DNA of 64,000 nt, from contig CAZDUB010000005.1 of assembly GCA_964508565.1 (NCBI GenBank), positions 9,756 to 73,755 on the forward strand, in the 5' to 3' direction. Both the position numbers and the translations under genes were made by a program. The DNA comes from an uncultured Elusimicrobia bacterium (GTDB taxonomy: Bacteria; Elusimicrobiota; Endomicrobiia; DTEH01). Each line of letters opens with the position of its first letter. The first letter of the stretch is position 1. The notes under the pieces are model-generated. The model was not told where the DNA came from. It searched no databases and saw only the letters and a program-made list of their open reading frames with translations. Positions 52,794-60,988 of the stretch are shown here, piece by piece.

Positions 52794-53757
52794 GATAAAA
52801 GAAATAATAAATATAGCTAAAAAAGTTATATTAACAGAAGCGCGCCAGGTAGAATTGCAAATAAAACACATAAACCAGCAGTTTGTAAAAGCAGTAGAAT
52901 TAATATCTTCACTTGAAGGCAAAGTAGTGGTATTAGGGATAGGGAAATCAGGTTTAATTGGCAGAAAAATTGCTGCTACTTTTTCCTCGTTAAACATTCC
53001 TGCGGTATTTTTGCATCCTATTGAACTTCTACATGGCGATTTAGGTTTGATAAGAAAAGAAGATGTAATTTTAGTTTTGTCCTACTCTGGAGAAACAGAA
53101 GAAATAAATAAAGTTTTACCTATACTTAAAAGTTTTGGAATAAAAATAGTTTCTTTTACAGGCAATAAAAATTCAAAATTAGCTAAATTTTCAGATATAA
53201 CAATCACTACAAAGATACAAAAAGAAGCTTGTCCTTACGATTTGGTACCCACATCTTCTACTACTGCTATGTTAGCATTGGGAGATGCTTTGGGGATTAC
53301 TGTTGCTGTTCTTAAAGGATTTAAAAAAGAGGATTTTGCAAAAGTTCATCCTTCAGGTAGTTTAGGCAAACAATTAACATTAAGAGTTAAAGATATAATG
53401 AGAAAAGGGAAAGAGGTTCCTAAAGTTTTTGCCACCACTAAAGTTAAGGATGCATTGTTAGTTATGACATCTACAAAATTAGGGGCAACAACAGTGGTTG
53501 ATAAAAATGGTAAACTTATAGGTTATTTTACCGATGGTGACCTTAGAAGATATGCACAAAAAATAGATAATATATTAAACATTGAAATTGAAAAAGTTAT
53601 GACAAAAAATCCTAAATCTATAACGGCTGATAGATTAGTAGTTGATGCTAAAGAATTAATGAAAAAATATAACTGTGATAACTTACCAGTAGTTGACAAA
53701 AATTATAAAGTCATAGGCATAATTGACGAAAGAGATGTTTTACAAGCAGGTATATAG
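52780..53757 (+). CDS. kdsD: Arabinose-5-phosphate isomerase (KpsF/GutQ/KdsD family; SIS + 2 CBS domains)
   Basis: 325 aa. The SIS motif reads GKVVVLGIGKSGLIGRKIAATF...HGDLG. The C-terminal tandem CBS domains read VMT....TI and NLPVVD....IGIID..DV. It is followed by kdsC, as in the E. coli locus. Confidence 0.85.
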   Translation: MKKNKIKEIINIAKKVILTEARQVELQIKHINQQFVKAVELISSLEGKVVVLGIGKSGLIGRKIAATFSSLNIPAVFLHPIELLHGDLGLIRKEDVILVLSYSGETEEINKVLPILKSFGIKIVSFTGNKNSKLAKFSDITITTKIQKEACPYDLVPTSSTTAMLALGDALGITVAVLKGFKKEDFAKVHPSGSLGKQLTLRVKDIMRKGKEVPKVFATTKVKDALLVMTSTKLGATTVVDKNGKLIGYFTDGDLRRYAQKIDNILNIEIEKVMTKNPKSITADRLVVDAKELMKKYNCDNLPVVDKNYKVIGIIDERDVLQAGI

Positions 53758-53760
53758 GTT

Positions 53761-54303
53761 ATGATTTCTAAAATATTGAAAAATAAAATTAAAAATATAA
53801 AGTTGCTACTTATGGATGTTGATGGTGTTCTAACTAAAGGTGAATTAATAATTTTAGATGATGAAAATAAAATAGAATTAAAAATTTGGAATATAAAAGA
53901 TAGATTTGCCTATGCTATGTTAAGAAAAGCAGATATAGAGTTGAAACTTGGCTGGATTAGTGGTCGTGGATGCAAAGAACTTGAAACAAGAGCTCGAGAA
54001 CTTAAAATAGACTTTTTTTATCAAAATGTAAAAAATAAATTAGAAGTTTATAATCAAATTCTTAAACAAACAGGTTACAAAAACGAAGAAGTTGCTTACA
54101 TTGGGGATGATTGGCTAGATTTACCTATTTTAAAAAGAGTAGGCTTTAGTGTATGTCCAAAAGATGCAGTAGAAGAAGTAAAAAGATGTGTGGATTATAT
54201 AAGTAAATACAATGGTGGATGTGGTGTATTCCGAGAAGTTGTAGAAATGATTCTAAAAGCAAAAAATAAATATAAAACGGTTCTTGCTATATACGATATA
54301 TAA
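53761..54303 (+). CDS. kdsC: 3-deoxy-D-manno-octulosonate 8-phosphate phosphatase (HAD family)
   Basis: 180 aa. HAD motif I reads LLLMDVDGVLT. Other family signatures are YIGDDWLDLP, and G.GVFREVVE near the C-terminus. It sits in the conserved position after kdsD. Confidence 0.8.
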   Translation: MISKILKNKIKNIKLLLMDVDGVLTKGELIILDDENKIELKIWNIKDRFAYAMLRKADIELKLGWISGRGCKELETRARELKIDFFYQNVKNKLEVYNQILKQTGYKNEEVAYIGDDWLDLPILKRVGFSVCPKDAVEEVKRCVDYISKYNGGCGVFREVVEMILKAKNKYKTVLAIYDI

Positions 54304-54305
54304 TT

Positions 54306-55178
54306 GTGAAAAAAATAAGAAATTTATTGATTTCTTATCTTGTATTGATATTTTATAAACTTTTTAAAAACACCCCATATAAGTTAAATGTTGTAATAGG
54401 TAGAATAATTGGAAGTATTTTTTACCATTTTGATTTTAGGTATAAATATTTAACATATAAAAATATAAGTTATATATTCCCAAAATATAATTATAAACAG
54501 ATACTAAAATTATCAAAGAATTGCTATAAAAATCTTGGGCAAAATTTGATGGAATTTTTTTTATTAGAAAGAGTAAAATTCATTTACAAAAAGCTTGTGG
54601 ACTTCCCCCAAGAAGACAAAGAAATTTTATTGAACCTTTATAATAATGGGAAAGGAGTAATAATATTCTCTGCACATTTTAGCAATTGGGAATTATTAGG
54701 TTGTTGCCTTGCGGTTGAAAAATTTCCAATATCTGTGGTGGCTAGAAAATTTTACATATCTTCTATAAATGCTATAATTGAAAAAATAAGAACATCAGTA
54801 GGAGAAATTATAATAGGAAGGGGGGGACAATCCTCAATAAAACTTTTAATAAAATCTCTCAAGAATAAAAACTTGATAGGAGTACTTATTGACCAGAATA
54901 TAAAAAATGTTAAAAACATAAATGTAGAATTTCTTGGTAAAATTTCGCCAACACCTGTGAGTTTCATTGAAATGGCTGTAAAATATAATATCCCATCTGT
55001 GGTAGGTTTAATTATTAGAGAAAAAAGTAAATACAAAGTTAGAATAATACCAATAGATAGCTCTTATTATAATGACCCTATAGAATTTACAAGATATATA
55101 AATAGTATAATATCTGATTATATCTATAAATACCCAGAACAATGGACATGGGTACATAATAGATGGAGTTTAGTTTAA
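54306..55178 (+). CDS. Lipid A biosynthesis (Kdo)2-lipid IVA acyltransferase, LpxL/HtrB family
   Basis: 290 aa with a GTG start 2 nt after the kdsC stop. It has an N-terminal membrane anchor. The catalytic HX4E-type motif reads SAHFSNWELLG. The C-terminus is YPEQWTWVHNRW, typical of the family. Confidence 0.75.
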   Translation: MKKIRNLLISYLVLIFYKLFKNTPYKLNVVIGRIIGSIFYHFDFRYKYLTYKNISYIFPKYNYKQILKLSKNCYKNLGQNLMEFFLLERVKFIYKKLVDFPQEDKEILLNLYNNGKGVIIFSAHFSNWELLGCCLAVEKFPISVVARKFYISSINAIIEKIRTSVGEIIIGRGGQSSIKLLIKSLKNKNLIGVLIDQNIKNVKNINVEFLGKISPTPVSFIEMAVKYNIPSVVGLIIREKSKYKVRIIPIDSSYYNDPIEFTRYINSIISDYIYKYPEQWTWVHNRWSLV

Positions 55179-55182
55179 TCTA

Positions 55183-55707
55183 ATGAAAAAACAGGAATTA
55201 TTATTATTTTTATTAATTTTCTTTGTTGGATGTAGAAATAAAAATAATATAATTAAAAAAGTTGACATAAAAGAAACAGATTTAAATCCTACCATAATTG
55301 AGTTTTCCTTAATAAAAACAAAAAATGGTAAAATTGTTTGGGAAATGAAAGCAAATAGAGCTGTTATAGATGACAAAGAAAAAGTAATTAAAGTAAACAA
55401 AGGTGTACTTAAAATCTATGATACTAACGATGCCAAGACTAATATAGCTCAGATAAAATTTGAGTTTGCAAAATATGATACAAACACAGAAAATATAGTG
55501 TTTTTAGGGAAAAACATCATAGATACTATTGAAAATGAAAAAATAATTGCATATGATATAAACTATATATACAAAGATAACAAAATTTATTCTGAAAAAG
55601 AAATTGAAATCAATAGGAATGGCAATATAATAAAAGGTATAGGGTTTGAAACACTTGATAATTTTCAAACTATAAGAATATACAAAAATGTTATTACGAC
55701 ACAATAA
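55183..55707 (+). CDS. lptC: LPS export protein LptC (possible lipoprotein form)
   Basis: 174 aa. The N-terminus is MKKQELLLFLLIFFVGC, a signal sequence with a lipobox-like VGC. The beta-jellyroll-like repeats have LptC-type composition. Its position immediately upstream of lptA-lptB supports the call. Confidence 0.55.
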   Translation: MKKQELLLFLLIFFVGCRNKNNIIKKVDIKETDLNPTIIEFSLIKTKNGKIVWEMKANRAVIDDKEKVIKVNKGVLKIYDTNDAKTNIAQIKFEFAKYDTNTENIVFLGKNIIDTIENEKIIAYDINYIYKDNKIYSEKEIEINRNGNIIKGIGFETLDNFQTIRIYKNVITTQ

Positions 55708-56371
55708 ATTTTTTATATTATTAATTTTTATTTGCTCGATAATATCAGCAGAGGAAAAACCGGTTAAAAAGATTGTTTCCCAATATACAGAGTTTGAAAG
55801 AAAAAACAATAATGTTAAATTTATTGGAGATGTAAAAGTTGAGTTGAAAGATGGTTATATTTTATGTGATAAAGCAGAATATAATGAAAAAGAGGGTAAA
55901 CTTTTTTGTGAGTCAGATAAAAATATATATTTTGTTTATTTCTCTACTACAGATAATGCACAAATAGAGATCAAATGTTCTTATTTAAAGTATTACACAA
56001 ATCAACAACATATTGAATGTGAAAAAGATGTTTTTTTAATTTATAGATCAACTCCAAGCAACGAAAAAATTATAGAAGAATTAAGTGTAAATTCACAGAA
56101 AATGTTTTTTGATATAAAAAATAAAAATCTAATTTGTAAATATAATGTTGAAATAAGCCAAAAAGGTAATAAGATATTTTGTGAAATAGCTAATTATGAA
56201 TATGAAAAAGGTACTATAACGATTAACGAAAATCTTGAAACCAAACAGCAGCTAAAATTTATATCCACATCTGACGATTTCAAAATTAAAACTTGCCAAG
56301 CTAATACAGCAGTTATCTACATATACCAAAATAAGATTTTATTAAAAGGAAAAGTTGAGGTTGTATTTTAA
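55688..56371 (+). CDS. lptA: LPS transport periplasmic protein LptA (OstA N-terminal-like)
   Basis: 227 aa with a signal peptide. The OstA-like pattern reads F.GDVKVELKDGYILCDKAEY. It overlaps lptC by 20 nt and abuts lptB (TAATG). Confidence 0.6.
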   Translation: MLLRHNKFFILLIFICSIISAEEKPVKKIVSQYTEFERKNNNVKFIGDVKVELKDGYILCDKAEYNEKEGKLFCESDKNIYFVYFSTTDNAQIEIKCSYLKYYTNQQHIECEKDVFLIYRSTPSNEKIIEELSVNSQKMFFDIKNKNLICKYNVEISQKGNKIFCEIANYEYEKGTITINENLETKQQLKFISTSDDFKIKTCQANTAVIYIYQNKILLKGKVEVVF

Positions 56372-57090
56372 TGAGCATTATTGCTGAAAACATTAGAAAA
56401 CTTTATGGAGATAAATGTGTATTAAACAATGTGAGTATTGAAGTAAAAAAAGGTGAAATAGTGGGATTGTTGGGGCCAAATGGTGCAGGAAAAACTACAA
56501 TGTTTTATTCTATTTTAGGTATAATAAATATTAATTCTGGAAAGGTTTATATAGATAATGTAGATGTTACAAAAAAACCAATTCATGTTAGAGTAAAATA
56601 TGGGATAGGTTATCTTTCACAAGAACCTTCTATATTTAGGAAACTTACTGTTGAAGAAAATCTACTATCAGCAATAGAAATTTTTTACAAAAATAAAAAA
56701 GAACAAAAGGAACTTCTAGAACAACTACTCATTGATTTTAATTTACAACATTTAAGGAAACAAAAAGCATACTATCTTTCTGGTGGAGAAAAAAGAAGGT
56801 GTGAAATTGCAAGAGTACTTGTATCAAAACCAAAATATTTACTATTAGATGAACCTTTTGTAGGCATAGACCCTAAAACAATTGAAGAATTGCAGAATTT
56901 AATTCTAAAACTAAGAGATTCAGGAATTGGAATTTTATTAACAGATCACAATGTCAGAGAGACACTGGAAATAGTAAATAGGGCTTATATTATTTACAAA
57001 GGAGATATACTTATTCATGGTAATGCCCAACAATTAATAAATGATGAAGAAGCAAGAAAAGTATATTTAGGAGAAAGATTTAAAATGTAG
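56371..57090 (+). CDS. lptB: LPS export ABC transporter ATP-binding protein LptB
   Basis: 239 aa. Walker A is GPNGAGKTT, the signature is LSGGEKRRCEIARVL, and Walker B is LLLDEP. The H-loop reads TDHNVRETL, and YLGE lies near the C-terminus. Confidence 0.9.
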   Translation: MSIIAENIRKLYGDKCVLNNVSIEVKKGEIVGLLGPNGAGKTTMFYSILGIININSGKVYIDNVDVTKKPIHVRVKYGIGYLSQEPSIFRKLTVEENLLSAIEIFYKNKKEQKELLEQLLIDFNLQHLRKQKAYYLSGGEKRRCEIARVLVSKPKYLLLDEPFVGIDPKTIEELQNLILKLRDSGIGILLTDHNVRETLEIVNRAYIIYKGDILIHGNAQQLINDEEARKVYLGERFKM

Positions 57091-57094
57091 GAGG
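57089..57094 (+). promoter_or_regulatory. Shine-Dalgarno site (AGGAGG) for hpf, overlapping the lptB stop codon
   Basis: AGGAGG at 57089-57094 overlaps the TAG stop of lptB (57088-57090). It lies 8 nt upstream of the ATG at 57103. Confidence 0.7.
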
Positions 57095-57102
57095 AACAAA
57101 CT

Positions 57103-57630
57103 ATGAGCTTAGATGAACAAAATTTAAAAATAGTTGGAAGAAATATAGAGATTACAGATGATATAAAAGACTACATTTATAAAAAAATTTCAAAGCTAGA
57201 TAGATATATTCCAAAAATTTCTTCTCTTGAAGTAACAATTAATAAAGAAAAATATGTTTACAATATTAATATATTGTTGCATCCATATAACAAAAAAATG
57301 ATTAGGCTATCTTCTAAAGATAAAAATTTAAAATCAGCTGTGGACCTTGCCATAGATAAGATAAAAACTGTTGCAGTGAAATTTAAAGAGAAAACAACCA
57401 TATCAAAAAAGAAACATAGCAATATAGATAAGTATAGTTATCAGGATATAAATGAGTTTGTCAAAAGCAACACTTTTGTACAAAAAATGAGTCAAAAAGA
57501 AGCAATTCAAAATTTAATAAATGGCAAAGAAAATAGTATAATATTTTTTAATACAGACACTAATAAATTTTCTATAGCAACAAAAAATGAGAGTGGTATT
57601 GAAATTACAGATATTGATATAAAAGAATAA
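57103..57630 (+). CDS. hpf: Ribosome hibernation-promoting factor (long form, HPF/RaiA family)
   Basis: 175 aa. The N-terminal RaiA fold reads I.GRNIEITDDIKDYIYKKISKLDRY...VTI. The C-terminal extension resembles the long-HPF dimerisation domain (MSQKEAIQNL...IIFFNTDTNKFSIATKNESG). Confidence 0.85.
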   Translation: MSLDEQNLKIVGRNIEITDDIKDYIYKKISKLDRYIPKISSLEVTINKEKYVYNINILLHPYNKKMIRLSSKDKNLKSAVDLAIDKIKTVAVKFKEKTTISKKKHSNIDKYSYQDINEFVKSNTFVQKMSQKEAIQNLINGKENSIIFFNTDTNKFSIATKNESGIEITDIDIKE

Positions 57631-57690
57631 AATTTGTATATAATAAAATTAATCTGACATAAATATAACATTGATAGAAAGGAGCAAAAA

Positions 57691-58149
57691 ATGAAAATAA
57701 TGAGTTTTCTTGATCCAAAATGTATAGTTTTACCGCTAAAAGGTAAAGATAAAAAATCAATAATTAGAGAGTTAATAGATGTTCTTGCTGAAAATCACAA
57801 AGTTGAAGATAAAGAGCTAGCTTTTAAAAGCGTTATGGAAAGAGAGAAATTAGGTTCTACTGGGGTAGGGTTAGGTATAGCAATTCCTCACGGAAGAACT
57901 TCAGCTGTAAATAAATTGGTTGGAGCTTTAGGTATCTCTCCAGAAGGAGTTGATTTTGAATCATTAGATGGGGATCCGGTACATTTTGTTTTTTTAATTT
58001 TATCTCCTCTTGATACTACTGGAGATTATTTAAGAGCAATATCGCGTGTAGCAAGATTTTTAAAGGATAAGTTTTTTAGAGAGACGTTAAAAAATGTCAC
58101 TTCTGTAGAAGAGGCTGTAAGAATAATAAAACAAGAGGATAAATTTTAA
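57691..58149 (+). CDS. ptsN: PTS IIA-like nitrogen regulatory protein (EIIA-Ntr)
   Basis: 152 aa. It belongs to the PTS_EIIA_2 family, with the phosphorylatable His in GIAIPHGR. It sits in the conserved position between hpf and rapZ. Confidence 0.8.
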   Translation: MKIMSFLDPKCIVLPLKGKDKKSIIRELIDVLAENHKVEDKELAFKSVMEREKLGSTGVGLGIAIPHGRTSAVNKLVGALGISPEGVDFESLDGDPVHFVFLILSPLDTTGDYLRAISRVARFLKDKFFRETLKNVTSVEEAVRIIKQEDKF

Positions 58150-58152
58150 TGT

Positions 58153-59040
58153 ATGCTAAAAAAGGTAGTGGTTGTTACAGGACTTTCCGGTGCAGGCAAA
58201 AGTCAAACACTAAATATACTTGAAGATAACGGCTACTTTTGTGTTGATAACTTGCCAATAGAACTTTTTGAAAATTTTATTCAGCTTATAAACACATCGC
58301 AAAAAACTAAGTTTGCTGTAAGTGTTGATATTAGAACAGTTAAGAAATTAGAAGATATAATAAAGTTTTATACCAGTTATTTAAAAAAATTAAGTAAAAA
58401 TAAAAAGATTCAAATTTTGACTCTCTTTCTTGAAGCAAGCACAGATACCTTAATAAAAAGGTTTTCTGAAACGAGAAGAAAACATCCATTAGGTGGTGAT
58501 TTAATTTCTGCAATAAAGAAAGAAAAAAAAATTTTGGAGAAAATAAAAAAACATTCAGACATAGTTATTAATACAACAGGGTTAACGCTTCAAGAATTAA
58601 AACAAAAAATTATAAATGCTACAGAAGATAAAAAAATAAGTAATAAATTAATAATTACAGTAATCTCATTTGGTTATAAACTCGGCCTTCCAACAAACGC
58701 AGATGTAGTGTTTGACACAAGATTTTTACCTAATCCTAACTATGTAGATAGTTTAAGACCTTTAACAGGAAAAAATTTAAAGGTAAAATCATACATGTTC
58801 AAATTTCCAGTTACTAAAGAGTTTTTAGATTATCTCAAACAATTTTTAAGTTTTTTATTACCTAAGATTGTCTATGAAGGTAGAAGTTATTTCTCAATTG
58901 CATTTGGATGTACTGGTGGGCAGCATAGATCAGTTGTCATTGCTGAAGAAATTTATAAGTATCTAAAGAAATTGCAGAGAGACAAACTTTTCAATAGACG
59001 GTATATATTAAAATTAGTTCATAGGGACATTGGAGAATAA
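58153..59040 (+). CDS. rapZ: RNase adapter / nucleotide-binding protein RapZ (YhbJ/YvcJ)
   Basis: 295 aa. The P-loop reads TGLSGAGKS. Other signatures are VDNLP, DTRFLPNP and C-terminal GCTGGQHRSV. Confidence 0.9.
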   Translation: MLKKVVVVTGLSGAGKSQTLNILEDNGYFCVDNLPIELFENFIQLINTSQKTKFAVSVDIRTVKKLEDIIKFYTSYLKKLSKNKKIQILTLFLEASTDTLIKRFSETRRKHPLGGDLISAIKKEKKILEKIKKHSDIVINTTGLTLQELKQKIINATEDKKISNKLIITVISFGYKLGLPTNADVVFDTRFLPNPNYVDSLRPLTGKNLKVKSYMFKFPVTKEFLDYLKQFLSFLLPKIVYEGRSYFSIAFGCTGGQHRSVVIAEEIYKYLKKLQRDKLFNRRYILKLVHRDIGE

Positions 59041-59046
59041 AAGTTT

Positions 59047-60033
59047 ATGTATAAAGTTGTATGTATAGGTGGAGGTACAGGTTTGTCTACTTTGCTACGC
59101 GGATTAAAAAGATATGACAATATTAATCTCACAGCTATAGTTACAGTTATGGATGATGGTGGAAGTTCTGGTAGGCTAAAAGATGAATTTGGTGTTTTAC
59201 CTCCAGGTGATATAAGAAATTGTATATTAGCAATTGCTGATAAGGAGGATATCCTTACGAAACTTTTTAGTTATAGATTTCCTGTAACAAGCAAAAATCC
59301 TCAAGTTGGAGGCCATTCTTTAGGTAATTTATTGATGGTTGCGTTAGCAGATATATTTGGCGACTTTGATGAAGCAATAAAAAAAATATCAGAGATATTG
59401 GTAGTAAAAGGTAAAGTTATTCCTATTACACTTCAACCAACACAACTTGTAGCAGTTTTAGAAGATGGTAGCCTAAGATATGGTGAAACTACAATATCTT
59501 CTTCAAAACTTCCTATTAAAAAACTTTTGTTTAATCCAAAAAGAGTTAAACATCATCCAGAAGTAGTTAGAGAAATTTCACAAGCTGATATGATAATAAT
59601 AGGGCCGGGTTCTTTGTTTACTTCAATATTGCCTAATTTAATAATAAAAGAAGTATCTACAGTTATAGCTAAATCGAAAGCAATTTTGGTATATGTATGT
59701 AACATTATGACCCAACCAGGTGAAACAGATAACTATACAGTTGCTATGCATGTTGAAAAAATATATGAACATTGCAAAAATAGTTTTAAGTTTGATTACA
59801 TAATTTTAAATGATACTAACATACCTAAAAATATTAAGGCTAAATATGCTAAACAAAATTCTTATCCTGTCAAAATTGATGACATTACGAAGTTAAAATC
59901 GCTTGTTAAAAAAGGAATAATAAAAGGTGACTTTATAGATAAAAAACTGAAAGAGGAAAAATTTGCTAGGCATGATCCTAACAAACTAGCAAGAACAATT
60001 TTAAAAATTTTAAAGCAAGAAATAAATAAATGA
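59047..60033 (+). CDS. yvcK: Gluconeogenesis factor YvcK (UPF0052 / CofD-like)
   Basis: 328 aa. Family signatures are GGGTGLSTLLRGLK, VTVMDDGGSSGRLR-like, PPGDIRNC, IGPGSLFTSILPNL and TQPGETD. Confidence 0.85.
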   Translation: MYKVVCIGGGTGLSTLLRGLKRYDNINLTAIVTVMDDGGSSGRLKDEFGVLPPGDIRNCILAIADKEDILTKLFSYRFPVTSKNPQVGGHSLGNLLMVALADIFGDFDEAIKKISEILVVKGKVIPITLQPTQLVAVLEDGSLRYGETTISSSKLPIKKLLFNPKRVKHHPEVVREISQADMIIIGPGSLFTSILPNLIIKEVSTVIAKSKAILVYVCNIMTQPGETDNYTVAMHVEKIYEHCKNSFKFDYIILNDTNIPKNIKAKYAKQNSYPVKIDDITKLKSLVKKGIIKGDFIDKKLKEEKFARHDPNKLARTILKILKQEINK

Positions 60034-60458
60034 ACATAGGAATAATAATAATAACACATGGTAAATTAGCAGATGCATTTAAAGAGACATTGTTTTCTAT
60101 AGTTGGCAAAAAGGAAAACGTTTTAAGTATATCTATAACTACAGATTATACTCTTGATATTCTATGTGAAAAAATTAAAAATAGTATAGAATTTAACAAT
60201 GTAGATAATATTGTTATTTTCACAGATATGTTGGGAGGCACGCCTTGTAATGCTTCTTTGATGGTTTGTAAAAATTTGCTAAATAAAAATATATATATTA
60301 TATCTGGTGTGAATTTATATATGCTTATTACTGCAGTAAGTTTAAGAGAACAAAATGAGAATATGGACATAAATGAATATATAAATAAAATTATAGAAAG
60401 TGGGAAAAGTTGCATAGCAAATATAAATGAAATTTTTAAAAAGAAGTTACAAAAATAA
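60030..60458 (+). CDS. PTS mannose/fructose/sorbose-family EIIA component
   Basis: 142 aa. The N-terminus is IGIIIITHGKLA, carrying the phospho-His. TDMLGGTP is also present. The start overlaps the yvcK stop (ATGA). Confidence 0.7.
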   Translation: MNIGIIIITHGKLADAFKETLFSIVGKKENVLSISITTDYTLDILCEKIKNSIEFNNVDNIVIFTDMLGGTPCNASLMVCKNLLNKNIYIISGVNLYMLITAVSLREQNENMDINEYINKIIESGKSCIANINEIFKKKLQK

Positions 60459-60461
60459 ATT

Positions 60462-60980
60462 ATGAGTTACATAATAAGATTAGATGACAGATTAATACAT
60501 GGCCAAGTAGTAGAAGGTTGGATAAAACCACTAAACATAGATACTTTAGTTGTTTGTTCTGATAGTATATGTAACGATCCAGTTGCTAAAACTTTGTTTG
60601 AAATTTCTATTCCTAAAGATGTCGCTCTTTATTGTCTATCGATAGAAGAAACATCAAATGAGATATTAAAATCCAGCTATACTAAACACAATGTGTTAAT
60701 CCTTATTTCTTCTCTAAAAGACCTATATGAGTTAGTCAGCAAAGTTTTACAAAAAGAAAAGAATTTTGTTTTTCCTATGATAAATATAGGAGGTATAAGA
60801 TATATTTCAGGAAGAAAACAAATTTATAAAGCTTTATATCTAAATAAAGAAGATTTTGAATTAATGTCTGCTTTGATAAATATGGGGGTAGAACTTGAGT
60901 ACTCTGTTCTACCCACAGAAGAAAAAATTATACTGAGAGAAAAAATTGATAAAATTAAACAGATTTTAGAAAACGAATAA
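60462..60980 (+). CDS. PTS mannose/sorbose-family EIIB component
   Basis: 172 aa. The N-terminus is IRLDDRLIHGQVVEGW, the canonical PTS_IIB_sorbose phospho-His motif. Confidence 0.8.
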   Translation: MSYIIRLDDRLIHGQVVEGWIKPLNIDTLVVCSDSICNDPVAKTLFEISIPKDVALYCLSIEETSNEILKSSYTKHNVLILISSLKDLYELVSKVLQKEKNFVFPMINIGGIRYISGRKQIYKALYLNKEDFELMSALINMGVELEYSVLPTEEKIILREKIDKIKQILENE

Positions 60981-60988
60981 AATACTTT

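Noticed and set aside
52770-52997. Minus-strand ORFs overlapping housekeeping genes (52770-52997, 54752-55036, 55170-55400, 55504-55809, 59862-60059, 60146-60415, 62572-62886 and others)
   Set aside because: Each lies antisense to a gene with clear family motifs. The translations are F/I/L/S-rich mirror products typical of AT-rich genomes, and there are no RBSs.
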